Positions 26,093 through 40,745 of a stretch of 64,000 nucleotides of DNA are shown piece by piece. The DNA lies in NCBI RefSeq assembly GCF_018977255.1, contig NW_024704742.1, forward strand, positions 23,314,001 through 23,378,000, read 5' to 3'. The DNA is from Callorhinchus milii. Its lineage: Eukaryota. The notes beneath the pieces were generated by a model that saw only the letters and a list, made by a program, of their open reading frames with translations, had not been told where the DNA came from and did no database searches. Position numbers and translations under genes: made by a program. Each line of letters opens with the position of its first letter. The stretch's first letter is position 1.

Positions 26093-28234
26093 AGACCAAT
26101 TGGCGCAGTAACGGGGAAGAACCATTGAGGGAAATTGCGACTGATTGACAGCTGAGCGTTTGAGATTGGGTGGAGCCCAAACATTCCCAAGCGGCTGCAG
26201 GCTGGCAATCACCTCTAATCTGTCTCTAATTGGTCCCGTTCCCGTCCCGTGGGAACGGCAATGTGAGGGGGGCAGTCCCGTACCCTCTGTTGGACGGGAA
26301 GATACTGCACTTTTTTTTTGCAATGTAAAGGTTAATACATTTTATTGAATTCTGCGAAAGTATTTGAACTTTAATTGCTCAGTTAACATCGCTTTAAGTG
26401 AAACAACATTGATACATATGACTATACATCGCCGCCACAGCTCCTCTGCTGGTCAGGAATGGTATTCTGTTTACCCTCGGACACCTCTTAAACCGGACAA
26501 AATGTCCATCCTCACTGTGTCTGCCTTAAACACCTTCCACTCTAACTATGTACAAATAAAAAGATTGCTCTTTGGCTCTCTTCTTCACTTTTAAGCCGTG
26601 TATCAGTCATTGGCCAAAAGGATGGGCACAAAAACTGCTCTCAAACCTGGGAGGGTACTGCTCTTATGTTGACTATGAGGAATTACAAAATATGACAGCA
26701 ACCAATCTGGACTTATTCACTCCTTTGACTTTTCCGTCCTGTGGGGAAAGACCTGACGTCTGCTAATCACCTTGCACGATGGCAAACACTACATTAGCAA
26801 TCATGCATACAACTTTACATCCCACAACTGTGTAGCACTGTGATTGAGTGCGAAGGCACAATGCTGTTAAGTTACTGTTAAATTACTGCCATTCCTGACC
26901 CTCAAAGATTTAATCCCTTGTTAAAAACCTCCAAAAATTACGAGCAGTAGAATTAAACACAGCACGCTCTTTGTTAGAGTAACATTGTAAATCATCCAGA
27001 AGTATGCCACTTCTAAAACGTGGGTTATAGTTTACTCTATTACATGGAGCATCCCATTGTTTACACTGTGCAATGCAAATCTTTCAATTGTTGATGTTCA
27101 ATTGTTAAAAACATGATTAAACCTTGTAAGCACTTTCTGTGAAGCCAAGTAGACACAGAGGCACTGTCTATTCAATTTACTCAAGCTCAAATTAGCTATG
27201 ATAAACAGCCCTAGTGCCACCACTGGTTTTATTTTTTTAAAATCTGTTTGGTACAAGTCCTTGAAAGCTCTACTGGCATTTCTTTAAAACACATTACAAT
27301 TTATAGAGAGATCTAAGTGCCTGCTCAATAATTTACAATGGCTATCTATGGCCAAAACTTGAATGGCTGTTGAAGGGTTTGTCAACTTGGCCTCCGTCTA
27401 TGAACCGTGGGAGTTAACATAACTCTTTTGGAAGCCAACAAATGGATTCACATGTGCAGCATAGAAATAGTTATTGTTTGATTTCAGTGCATTGAATTGA
27501 TATTTGAAAGCGTTAATGAGCAAGCACAGAATCAACACACAGAATTTTCTAATTCTGTAGACACACTGGGCACATTTTAGATGTATGCTAGGACTGAAAA
27601 CAGACTAGACTCGATCTTTCACATCTATTTTAATTGCTGATGGCTTGGCATATTTGCTGTGTTGTACCTACTTGTTCAGAGATTAACCCTTCAGGGATCC
27701 AATTCTTGGCATCTAAAACTTTATCTGACTTGTCATGTGGCAGTACCCCATGAGGAATACTCTAATGTCACTACATCAAAGTACACCTGGGTTTTCTCCT
27801 ACACCTATGGAAATATTGCTCACAAGATCACAAAAGTGGTCTGGATGAAGAAGGCACTTTGGTCCAACCAATTTCTCTTTTTGAGTAGTTCTCTTAAGAT
27901 TAAGATCTTTAATGTTCACCTGAACAAGCATAGACAGGGCCTCTCATCCAAAGGATGGACAAATCCGAAAGTATTGATTGGGTTTAAATTTACAATCCCA
28001 TTTAAAATTTTGCACACCTCTAGTTGTTGTCTACTCTGACGACTGAAGAGCCCGAGCTTGTGTAATCAATGTGCACAGAAATCTGTATGTTTCTATTCAA
28101 AACCTTGAGCCAAATTAGAGAACGTTTTGAACATGATTAATAACAAAATTAACCCAAATGTGAAGAGCAATTCTGAATCCACATTATACTAAATCCATGG
28201 TGTTCAGTATTATATTGGCTCTTTATTTTATTAG

Positions 28235-28790
28235 AAGTGTGATTGCAGGTGGAGAAGGTTGTCAAAAGTGCAAATATGATTCTGGGGTTTATGCACAGAG
28301 CCATTGAACACAAAAGTAAGCAAGTGATGATGAATATGTATAAGACATTGGTTAGACCAAAGCTGGAATATTGCATGCATTTTGGGTGTGACTTTATAAA
28401 AAGGATATTACTATTAGGGACACAGTGCAGTGTAGGTTTAAGAAGACGATATTAGGAATAGCTATTGATATTAGGAATATAGCTATAAAGAAAGGCTAGG
28501 AATATGTTGAACAAGTCAAAGTTGAAGGGCTTAAGATAATGATAAATATGTGTAAGATAATTAAAGGGTTTGAGAGAATTGATTGTAAAAGCTCCTTCCA
28601 CTGTTAGGATATTTGAGATTAAGAATGTATGAATTTAAGAGATTAAAAGAGAGGTTCAGAAGAACTTCCTCTCCCAAAGTGATGTTAGATTTGATTTGCA
28701 AGGGTGGAATGGATGGCTTCTTGGAGAAGCAAACACTGACATGAAAAAGTGGGCCAAATGGTCTCCTACATTGTCGTAGGTTTCGATGAT
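28235..28790 (+). mobile_element. CR1 LINE ORF2 C-terminus and 3' UTR relic
   Basis: ORF 28243..28455 QVEKVVKSANMILGFMHRAIEHKSKQVMMNMYKTLVRPKLEYC is a CR1 ORF2 motif. The 3' UTR contains gggccaaatggtctcct. Confidence 0.9.
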
Positions 28791-31700
28791 TCTTTGGTTT
28801 AAAAATGTTAACAGTGTCCTCATAGGGTCAATATTTCCTATTCCAAATCTTATTTCAAAAGGGAAAGAATACCTTCTGTTAACCTAATTTAAAATGGAAA
28901 ACGTTAAGTTGGCAATACCTCTAATCAAATCATCTTCAGTTGATATCACTTATACAAAACAATTCTTTTGTCTTCTTCAGGAATTATTGCTATCATTTTA
29001 ATCCTTATAGAATTGTTCATTTGGTTATAACATTGGCTTCTAATGTACACCACAGTGTCATCTGATACGTGTAACCAAGGGCAACATGATGAGAGGTGAA
29101 GCAAAAGGGCCAAATTAAACTCTTCAGCACACATTTTCAGAGTAAAATTGTTGGTTAGGAACACCAACACTTCAGACATCAGTCAAATTTCATTGCACAG
29201 CGGTTTCATAACGCAGAGGGGCAATTGTGGATCATGTTTAAGATCACTGATATGATCACCCTTTGAACAGACTGTATCTTTGTAACCAGGCGTGCTGGGG
29301 CTTCAGATGCAACAAGTGAAATTCATTGGATGTAGTTTGCACAACCATATTCAGTTTGAGGTAGTGTAAACAAAGAGATTTTTGACTAATTTGATTTGAA
29401 AAAAAACTACTTTTTCTTTCTTTCACTCATGTGCAGAGTGCTGGGTACATTTACTGCCGTCCTTGCACAGTTAATACTTGTGCGCAGTCAGCTGGCAGAC
29501 TGACTCCAGTCATAGAGACTCCAGCCATTTGCAACCAAGCCATGAAACGTGGCGCCAGGCTCAGAGCAGGTCCATAAGAGATAGTGTGAATTATGCATAT
29601 TTTTCATAATGGACTTTGCCACAAAGTAGTTAGCTGCAGTGCAAACATTATAATATATGTATTTAACGTGAAAACCTTTTTTAAAAAATATCTAGCAGTG
29701 CTCCAGCTATCTTGGGATTGGAAGCAAAACCTCCTGATAAAAGGCTAGGAGAATCTTGTCACTCCAAAACAAAACCACAACCTTTGGATTGCCCAAGGCT
29801 TCTTCATCCTTGAGTCCAATGTTACTTTATGGGTGGTACCAAGCTCGGCTCTATACTGCTTAATGTACAACTTGCTCCTCATCCAAGCCTTATTAGATAG
29901 AAAAGATGAAGCCTTAATGTACACTGAAAGTATAAGCTATTATTTCCAAATATGAGGCATGCATAAATCCCAAGTCATAAGGCAATTTTGGTCTACCAAC
30001 AAGTGCCAATTTTCTGCATTTGTGCAGACTATGTATCCAAATTATGTGAATACACTATAATGCAACTGTTTTAATGATAATTTCAGCATTTAAAGTACTT
30101 TATATAACTGATACAATAATAGAATAGCTGGAGTGAGTTACAAAACAGTTTCACAATAAAGCAGGATTTGTTGGTATCAAAAACTTTAAGGATGAGCAGT
30201 TTGTAACTGCCATTAATCTCAGGTGCCTGCAAGTGTTTTGTAACCCTTGTCTACACATTGGAAATTAGCATTACATTTTTCATTTCATGCCTAAGAAGCT
30301 TTAGGTTCTACTATAGTACTTAACTATAAGGGCTCCTCCAGGTCCAAATCCCTGCTGGGCAAGATTAGACATGTGACATCAAATAAAAATTGCACGGATA
30401 GATGAGATAAGTAAAAATGTAACATAAAATCACTTGTTTAATACTGTATCACAGGAGCATTCTAAATTTATTATTATTTGGTCAAGTATCGCATTATTCT
30501 TTGCTTTACACCTTACAAATTGAACAGTTGAATTGACTGACGAGGTTACACACCTGTTACAGAATTGAGGATGTCAGAGGACCTCATATAAGAGTGAAAG
30601 CAAAGCTCAAGAGATTTATAAATGTATCTCAACTCCAAGATCGGTTTACAACATTGTTTATTAATAATGCACACAACCTTCGGTTATCCTGTTCTGGTTC
30701 GTATCTTCTGCAGCCACTGCTATGTTTTAACACTTGAGATCCCTCAGAATCTTTTAAAAAACAATGCATTTGCAACCTTTTCTGGAATCAATTCTTTATT
30801 CGTTTTTGTATCTATGAGCTACAAAGCTATAACTCATCCCTTCATGTATACATTCAGAATTAAGGGCCATTTCAATAGTCTGTCTCAATATACCCTCCTC
30901 TCCTAATATGGAGAGGCGCAACTTATTGGAGTAATATCAGACCTGTATAGACACATGCCAGATACTTTTCTGTTTGGGCATTTTAAAGGCTAAAGACACG
31001 TTTGGGGTGGAACGTCTATATAAGCAAACAGACTGTTGGTAATGAACAACAATCAAAGAATAATGGGCATCTGACAAGGAAATGCAAAATTACAGACAAA
31101 TCTTTTGCTAAGGGTGATGTGTGGTACTACGCTGATAATATAACGCCTCATGGAAGAATTTTTTTAATTACTTCTGCATTCAAATTGTGTGTTGACCAAT
31201 TATCCGCACTGTTTTCATATCCACAATTGACCAATCCAATTAATTTATAGGCTTACTAATGTATGGGTTAAAGTGTTAAAAATACTGTAGCAATAATACT
31301 GACTTGCACTAGCCAGCCTGGGCTGCTTTCCAATTTCAAATAAAGTCTACTCAACAAGACTTTGTAACACATTCTGCCCTTAAGTAAAAAATATGCAGTG
31401 TACATCACAAACAGCCATTACAATAGCTCTTGCTGAGTCAAACTCCTCTCAGCAGCTGTGAAGAAGAATGTTTATTATCTCAGCCAAAATGGAATACAAT
31501 ATAGCAAAAAGTGACAGAACTGGAGGGAGGTGTAGGCTCCATGAGTTGACGGAGTGATGCACACAAAAGGCATGTTAATCAAAGTTCGTGTGGAATAGAA
31601 TCAGTAAGTCTATTTTGTTTCTGTACAGTGACCGAAATCCAGTTTTAAAAATGCAACACATTTCTTGTTCGTTAAATTAAGTGCTATTCCTGAAGCTGAT

Positions 31701-34700
31701 TCCAATTACATTGCTCAAGTATCACGTAGTCCAATTTTGTCTCAGGATTGCTTTGTGATTTTTTTTCTCATCTACTTCTAAAAAGATTTTCAAGATGATC
31801 ACCACACACTTGTAAGAAAGGATGGAAGTAACGAGGTATTACACTAAGTACAAAAGGGCTCACTACCTGCATAAAGTCCTCACTAGAGCAAAATAAATAT
31901 TTTAGTTTTATGTCTTATTAAATGCAGTAGTGATATAAGCAGGACATTCAATGTGAAACAGAAATCGGTCACTTTTTTAATAAAAAAAGCTGTACAACCC
32001 ACTGTTCTCCATCATAAAGCATATACAGTGAGGGTTATAGTATGTGGAAACCAGCTAAGACATTGGGTGTACAGAACTGGCCAAATTCAGTTGAATTCAG
32101 ATTTTAGACTGTGTTGATTCCTAATTATGATTGAAAAAATAGTAAAATCAACTGCACTCTACATTTGTAAAAGTTTCTGACTTGCTGTGCTCGCAATGTA
32201 GCATTTCAAATATTAGCAGTAACACTTCCTTAACACTGATGTATGACCTTTAAACGTATACTGCAGTGCTCTTTGAAGATGTTTTATAGCCTAATTAGTA
32301 CAGTTTTATCATACATTCTTTTAGACTGCATACAGTACTACAATTACTTTGTCATTCTTGAATTCCCTTTCATTAATCTATTTTTCCAATTAAAATATAT
32401 TTCAAATAAATCTAATTGCATACACTGATTATATTTCACTCGTCAGACGTTCACAATGAAGAGGGAAGGGGAACCCTTTTCAAAGACAGCCACAAGCCAC
32501 TCTAGAGAAAACCGTTTTGCATTTAAGTACTTTGACAAATTGTTTGCATGCAGCTTTTGAACCAGTTTCTGTAAGAGAAGACAGATTTCCTGCCTACTTG
32601 CAACAGTACTCTGGCATTTAGCTCTGAAAGAGGTGGTGGGGGTTGGTGGGGGGGGGGAGAAAGAAAGAGGTAGTAGTCACTCAGACAAGAGCTCAAGCCA
32701 GGCATGGATAGGCCTCGCTAATGAGCCTCAAGTACCCTACAGTGGTTTAAAAGTTGATGGCTTCAAATGATGCTACCACATGACAGAATGTGGCTAGCTG
32801 TAGGAGGAGGGTGATTAGAATAAATGACTGGAGTAATTAACTCTGATTCTAAACCACTTAACTGGAAAGAAAAGCCAAGGGCTGTTTAGCTGATGGTCTG
32901 CCACGAACAATCAGGACTAAGAGGCAGTCTTCGCTGTGTTTTTGTGTGTGCATGTATGTGTGTGTGCATGAGAGAAAGACACCATCCCCTCCCGAATAGA
33001 TATTTTTGTGTGCTAATAAAAAGCAGCTTTCACTCGACAGCCTGTTCAAAGACTTGCCCCCCCCTATCTTTTTGTGTTCAGCTTAGAAGGCAGACAGTTT
33101 GCACCAATAGGCGCAACAAGGACTAAGAATTATCACTTTAAAAATACCTTTAAAGTGATTCAACATTTTTGTTCCAACATCCTAGTCTAATGTTTATTGT
33201 CAGTATTTAGAGGGATTTAATTAAAATATAAGTTTTAAAATTGAACAAAGCGAAATACATCGTTTTACCAGACTAGTTAAAGACGTTTTTTGTCAAAACC
33301 GCAGTATGTTACATGATATTGCACTATGTGCGTCTGCATTTTGTTTTGAAGATATGATACTGTATTAACTAGTCACACTGAGAAGAAAAGGGATATGACC
33401 ACTTAAATTGGGTAGTCTTTAAAACAGCTATTTTATAGAGTGCAATTTCTGAAACAACATTCATCCACTGCCTGCTGAGTTATGAACAGAGCCCTTACCA
33501 GAGGATTTCATTACTTGGAATGCAAAACATGAAAAAAAATTCAACAGACAATACAACTGCAATATGCACAACACATACTACCATCTAAATATTTACTTTT
33601 AACAAGCGATTTATTTGACAGCTTTACACCTTCAGGCATTGCATAATTAAATGTTTTGACAACCAAACAAAAACTGTATAACTTTACAAGCTGCTGCAGT
33701 CTGCAGTCTTTTAAACAGAAATAAAATCATGTTGTCTTTGACCTGTACCAAAGCAATACAATTATCCCCATTACATGCTATACTGGATCTAAAAGCAGAA
33801 CCGCATCAGGTAATACCCAAAAGGGGTGCGTCCCTGTAGCACTAATGAAGAGTTCTCCAGCAATTCCATGGTCTGATTTTTGTCATGTTGCCAGAGGTAA
33901 CTTTCACTAGAGCAACAGCAGATTTACTGGCATTTTATACGTTAAGAGTTCCTATTGCTTATTCTGCCCAAACAATTAGAGACACACCATTTGTGTCCAG
34001 TGTTTACAAACTGAAGCACTCGTCTGCTAAATAAACCCCACATCTGTCCAAACATGCAACAAATGATATACATTAGCAAAACTTCCCAGCTCAGGTACCT
34101 CTGAATCAGCCTCCATGCAAGCCCAATCACTCCAGAAATGTATGGAGTTTATTCAGGACACACACAGCCAGCTTCTGTTAACATCACCAAAACGGCCTGA
34201 AACGGAACTGGAGATTCAAGATAAAAGATTCCACGGCATGTAAATTGTGAAATACGTGAGGTTTAATAAGCTAATAGAAACAAGTGTTTTATTTTTATTT
34301 TCTGGGATTATTTCAAACTGAAAATATTCCTCCTCACCCATTCCTTTGTATAACCTCCTCCCCTCCATTAAGAGCTTTTATGTAGTTTTAAATGATTTCC
34401 AATATAACTTTCAAAATATAAAACTTGTGAGGAAGATTTGTTTTAAATGAAGTCAAAAGACCAACAGAATTAAAATGAGTTCCTGTCTAAGATAACAGGA
34501 TATTTAGATCTAACATAATCTATAGCAGTAAATTCAATACCTCCACACAATGCACTCAATGACAACAATATACGTCCAAGTCAGATACAATGAAATGCTG
34601 CAGAGACCACCAAAATAGATCCAAATTTGCAACGTCAACCTTTGGTATCGCACATTCAAGATGTTTTATCCTTGAGTAACAACCTATTTCACTTGTGCCC

Positions 34701-35699
34701 TTTAGAAAGACCACCGTCATCCTGGCTGGAGTCAAACCAAAGTGCACAGGGTGATAGAACTGGACTCTCATCACATTTTGCCAGGTCCCACAAGTAGCGT
34801 TTGTGTGATAAGCTGGGAGTTTTCACAAATCTAGTTTTTTTTTAGTTAAAAGCTGGCCACTACTCCCAAATACACCCAGAAACAAAATCTCAATTGGCTG
34901 GACACAATTTTTTTTTAAATTAACTTTTCTGGCAACAAAGCACCTGGATATTCACTAAGAACATTTAAGATTCCAACGGATCGTAGTAACTGCCTCTATT
35001 TACTGAAACCTTTAGTTCTCATGTTGGAACATCTGATAGCATTTAGTGCTTTAAGCCTTTGACTTGTATTTCCTGCCCTGACCAGTGTTTAAAACTCAAT
35101 AGTTGTCAGAAGTGACCGAACAGCCAAAAAAGAAACTCTCCCATGAGGTCTACAAATGAAACTGTTAAATGCACAAATAAGCCAGGAAACTAGGAACTGA
35201 CCATGCTTTGTGCAAATAAACTTCTGAAAGTCAAGCACTCTAATAGCCAATCATTACCATATTCTATTTGCCTTTTGGGTTTTTATGATCAAAAAGAAAT
35301 TGTTGAAGGCAATAAAAACAGCGACCAGTAGCTCACAGTTGCCACAAATTGTATTCCATGGGGACACAAATCTAGGTTTCATAGGTGAGTTCAGCTAGAA
35401 TAAAGGAGTCCTTCAGGCCACTATCCAAAGCAAATTAGTAGGCATGTTTTGTGGGTTTGTGTCAGCCAACAACTCTCATCTAATTAAAGTCATTACACAT
35501 TCACTCTCTGTCAGCACTGCCCCAGTTGAAACCCCAAACAGTTCAAACACCAAACAACCTCCGTTTATACTTTTAAAAAAAATTAAATTGAAAACTAAAG
35601 TTCATTAAATTATCTGACGGTCAAATAACCGAGTGCTGTTTGATTTAATTTAGCTAGATAAAAATTCATTGAATTCCTTGATAAAATTGGTCATTCACG

Positions 35700-35905
35700 T
35701 TGTGATTGTTTGTGAAACATTGCTATACACAAATTGGCAGTAGCATTCACCGACACAGTCAGTACAATTTAGAGTAAATCCCGTGAAGTATTTTGAGACA
35801 TCCTACCAATCTGAAAGACGCTAAAACAACTGCTAGAGTAACTATTAAATCCTGTGAAGGGCTTTGAGATGTACACCCAACGTGAAAGGCTCTCTATCAA
35901 ATTAT
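35700..35905 (+). mobile_element. Degraded SINE 3' part with a second tandem tail
   Basis: gattgtttgtgaaacattgct...aaattggc body, then two cc.gtgaag..tttgaga tails. Confidence 0.7.
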
Positions 35906-38514
35906 TTTTATTTATTTATTCTTTTTTTCTTCACTATATTGTGTCAAAAAGAACACAGTATTTTAAGTTACAATGTACTAAGTAAAACGCACTTGAGATT
36001 TCTGAAAAGGAATTTAATCCCACGGTCGGAAAGTATCATGAGCACTGATGTGTAACAGTGGCAAAGTTATGCTATGCAGTCGCATGATATGAACAAAGAA
36101 ATGAAAAGATAACATCTGGTTATCTGAAGGCAAGATTAACAGCCAGTTATTTCAATGAGTTTGGAAACTCATGGGATGCATTGAATTCTTTGCTGAAAAT
36201 TGTAGTCCATTTGTAATTTTTTTGCAACAGCAGAATAAAATTAAAAATGTTTAGTTGAGCGTTCTACTCGACACATTCTATTAATATTCAGGTCCATGTA
36301 TATTCGTTTAGTTTAAAAGGCCTGTATTTCACTCTTCTGCAAGTCAAATTCCTTGCTTCACAGATATCATCATTGAGAATAGAGTACCTCCAGCATATTG
36401 AGATACATTTGATGCACTAAATGATGATTGTACCACTAAATTGACATGATTGTTAGCATTTGTTAGAAATTCAGAGAAAACAGCTAATCATCTTTGTACA
36501 CGTGGGTCAGCACCACCATTATGTGCTTAATTTGACAGATTCATGGCAGTGAAGCGATATCATTTGTCTCTAAAATTTGTACATCTGTAAACTATTTTAC
36601 AAAAATGCATTAGCATATAATCTAAAGAATATACATTTTGCTAAAATACATTACCAGAGAAAGGCTATATGAATTCGCTCACAGCACTTCAAAGTTATAC
36701 AGCCTTTCAACTATGGGCTTCAAATGCAAATTTCACTACCAAATACATATTATTGAATTTTTATTACATTTGAAAACAAATTCTGCAAAAAGAATAATGC
36801 TAAAAAGAATCCCTTTCCTAAACTGAAGATTTATTGAATTGCAAAACCAGGTGCCCTTTGAGCTTTCTTTAACTTTATTTTCACACCATCAAAGTAGATG
36901 TGATAAAGAAGGAAGCACTCCATTAACTATTCGCACATAGCTCACATTTTCACAGCTCAATGTCTCATTACAAAATTCTTATTCTGCTCCAGGAAGCAGA
37001 TGACACTAGATAATGCCAGTTATCAGTCATTATGGAGGCTCCAGTGCCTGAAGGTCCCCGCTGTTCCAAGATTGTTTTCACCAAAGCCGCTTTCGTACAG
37101 CTGTGCCAGAGGTTTAAGATAGCTGTTGTCTAAGATGTAGTTCTGCTATGCTAGGAAACACCACAATCTGGGCCACAATTTGAGATCCATTCACATATAT
37201 TGTACTTATCGCATTCAAGTGGGATATAACTGATTAATCGGTTACTTCTTTTTATTTTTAATTGCCTTAAACCTTCGGATTGAAAATGTCATTGATTTCT
37301 AGGTCTAGGCAATAAAACACCTTTCGCCTACATTAGGGTCTAACAGGCAACGCTATCCAGTGGAATTCATAACAAAGGAAATGGAGAGCACAACAAGACG
37401 TGCAAACTCCGCACTGACTGGATCTACTTTTGGAGCAGAATTTCCATTGGTCAGGTGACATGTACTACATACAATAGATTCAGGAACCGGAATTAGTCAC
37501 CACTTGGATTCCTTATGAAGGAAAATTGCATGTTAGACTCCATTACTGTGCACCCTGTAATCATCTTTATTGCAGCAAAATCATAATGCAAGCACCTCAT
37601 TATAACAAAATCTTGGGTCTAATTTCCTGATTGTAAAAATGTTTAGCCTTGGTCCAATATAAACATCAATTAAAATTTCAGGCACTAATATTAAAAAAGT
37701 CTCATTAATGAACACTCACTTAAAACTGACACATTAGCATGTCTTGCAGCTCCATTTGTAATGAATTTTAGCTCTATTATTACTTTGGAGCTCATGGGAA
37801 TTGTGCAGCAGTATCCAACTCTCCCAAAAGGGATTTCCAGACACACGGAACAATCAGAAAACAGGAGAAACATATTTTTCTGCCTGCAGCCTGGAGTGAG
37901 GGAGCCATGGCACAGGAGAGGAACTCTAACCTCCAGACAAAGATCCCTGCTAAGAAAACTTACAAAGTCCCTTTGAGTTTGTGATAACAAGGATTAACTG
38001 CACATCCAGTTAACAGCAATTGACTTTGTAATAATTCAAACACTGCTTAACAAAATAGAGACAGCACTGGACTTAATAAACTATAGTAATAGGCTTTCGG
38101 TTCTGAAAATATCAGAGCTTCAGCAAGTTAGTGCATTACCACGTGGAGAAGCAACATCCATTGCTTCTCAGGCAGGCTGTATTGGAGGAGAGAGCAAGCA
38201 GAGGTTATGAGAAAGGTAGGAGGCAAAAACAAAAGAGTAAGGCAAACTATGTTGCTCTCGTGTTCTTCTCAGTTAAAGAGCAGGACTTCCAGAAATACAG
38301 CAAAATATAGCAAAGAATGAACACATGATACACAAGACAGAAAACAGATCAGGGGTTGATTTGGCATGTCGGGAAATATATTGTAGAGCTGATTACCTGC
38401 ATTTATTAGGATCTATCCTTTTGTGGATAAGCAAACAATACAGGAAATTGGGCAACACGCAAAATACAAATTGGCTGCAGCACCAACTAAAAATGATTCC
38501 ATTAGGAATTATGC

Positions 38515-38825
38515 TAAAACCTTACCAACCCACCCGCTCCCTGCAACCTGCCTGCCCCCTCCATCAGCCTTCAGCCTTTCTGCCCCCACCCTCTGGAACT
38601 CCAACTCAGTCCCTTTGCCTCATCTTTTCCATTGTCTCCTTCAAGGTCCTTCGTCTCACAATCTTTTTCTTTGACCGTGCCTTCAGTCATCTTCCCACCT
38701 CACCCGCCTTGACACCCACCCCTCTTGAATACAACCTTCAGCTCAGGTGCAAACCCTCAATTGGCCAATGCCTTGGGACATCCTCCTGACTTAAAAGATG
38801 GCATATAAATGCAATTTGTTGTTAC
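38515..38825 (+). mobile_element. L2 LINE 3' end
   Basis: gccttcagcctttctgcccccaccctctggaactcc (AFS..APTLWNSL motif) and tail ccttgggacatcctcctgac...ataaatgcaatttgttgtt. Confidence 0.85.
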
Positions 38826-39003
38826 TGTAATATCATACTGTGCCAGCTCTTCTCTTTCTCTGACTTTTTCTTCTCTTTGATTCTCTCTAAATTTCTATAT
38901 CTTTCTCCATCTTTACATCAATATCCCTAAGCCTAAACTGTGAAAACTTTACTAATTAAAAAAATCCTGTTGTGAAGTTGTGTGATCCAGATTAATTTGC
39001 TAG

Positions 39004-39068
39004 AATAATAAATAATAATCCCTATCGCTTGCGAGGTGAGTGCTCTAACCACTAAGCTGCAGGACTCC
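39004..39068 (-). mobile_element. tRNA-SINE head fragment fused directly to an (ATT)n tail
   Basis: gagtgctctaaccactaagctgcaggactcc nearly matches 6784-6814. Confidence 0.75.
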
Positions 39069-40084
39069 ACAAAACATGCAGCTGTGGTCAAAGCATCTCT
39101 TGGAGCCTCCCATATGCCCATTTTCCTTACAGGCCCATCAGAGCCTGTGTGGATAAGCGGTCATGCAAATAAACTGCGACCTACAGCAGCAATTCATGCA
39201 GGTAATCAGATTTGCTGAAGGATGTCCTAATTGAACTGTGGTGTAACTTTTGTAAAGCTACAATAGAGCAAAGGGGGCTCCTGCCATTTGTTTGGAGATT
39301 GCTGTCTGATCAGCCTTCCAGCATGTTAGCCACCAACATATCCAGGTACTTGCAGGATTTGCTAGTTACAAATTATTTTTAGTGACACTCGCAAATAACT
39401 CACCATTTTCTTGGAAAAAATCTGCCAATCAATTGTATTCATGGAACCTTTTGTACAGTATATAGGCGATCCAACATTGACAATGCTAAAATTGCTCAGA
39501 ATTTGCAAGACTCAATTACCAAGTAATTATTCTGTCATATTATTTGATACAAGGTTTTGCCTTTTATTAATATATATATATAAAATCATATTCAACATTA
39601 TCAAAAACATCAGTTTCATTCATTCAGATAAGAACTTTTAGTGCAGGAAAATTACACACAATAAACCTGTGCATTTTTAATAGTTTTCAACCGCAGTTAT
39701 CTGCCTCATCACCATTTTTCTCAATCCCTTCTCTTTCCAGAAATGTATTGAGTTGTCTCTTAACACATTTATATGCCTGCTTCTGTAGTCTTTCCTGGTA
39801 AGTTATTCCACAAGTCTATCACCCATTGTGTAAAAATATTCCACTTGACATCTTATTCCTAACTATCCCATTGTTTTAAATTGTGTATTTGATATATGAA
39901 GCCTTCATCATATTGAATAATTTGCCAGATCAACCTCATCACAATCTTGAAACTTTCTATCAGGGCTCCTCAGTCTCTTTCCAAAGAGAACAAGCTTAAC
40001 TTGTGGAATATTCCTCATCCCTAAGATTAAATGAGCAAAACTAGTGCAAGCATTCTGACCAGTTTTATGCAAAAACACCAATAT

Positions 40085-40745
40085 TAAATTTTTATGAAGA
40101 CTTTCACGTCAGGAGGCCGTCCCAAGACGCTGGACAATCAGTGTTTTGGACCTGAGCTGGCGGTCAGGATTGGGGAGGGTTGAGGGCGGGGGAGAGGAGG
40201 ATGATCGAAGGCACAGTCAAAGAGGAGGGTCTTGAGTTGGGTCTTGAAGGAGGCAAGGGAGGGGTCGAGGCGGAGGGACTGCGGGATGGAGTTCCAGAGG
40301 GTGGGGACAGAATGGCTGAAGGCTCGCCCACCAATGGTGGGGCGTGCGAGGCGGGGGACGTGAAGCAGGCCTGGAGCCCATTGAGCAGAGGGAGTGGGAG
40401 GGTTGTAGGGGGTTAGGAGGATACAGAGGTAGGGGGGAGCAAGGCCATGGAGGGCTCTGAAGGTGAAGATCAGGATTTTGAACTGTATCCTCTGTGTAAT
40501 GGGAAGCCAGTGGAGTTGGGTGAGGAAGGGGGTGATAGGGTCATGGAGCCTGGTGCGGGAGAGGACATGGGCTGCAGAGTTCTGAAGGATCTGCAGCCTA
40601 TGGAGGGAGGAGTTGGGAGGCCGACAAGCAGGGAGTTTGCATTGTCAAGCCTGGATGTTATTTATGTGTGTATGAGGGTTTCGGCGGCCTGCGGTGTGAG
40701 ACAGTGGCGGAGCCGGGCATTGTTGCGAAGGTGAGGGAAGGCAGA
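40085..40745 (-). mobile_element. L2 LINE 3' fragment of about 660 bp, GC-rich and relatively young
   Basis: Minus-strand translation RNNARLRHCLTPQAAETLIHT*ITSRLDNANSLLVGLP...LHRLQILQNSAAHVL matches the L2 ORF2 C-terminus. L2 tail near 40090-40130. Confidence 0.92.

Noticed and set aside
27659..28060. Penelope/GIY-YIG relic or 126-aa ORF
   Set aside because: Only vague resemblance, with no intact diagnostic motif.
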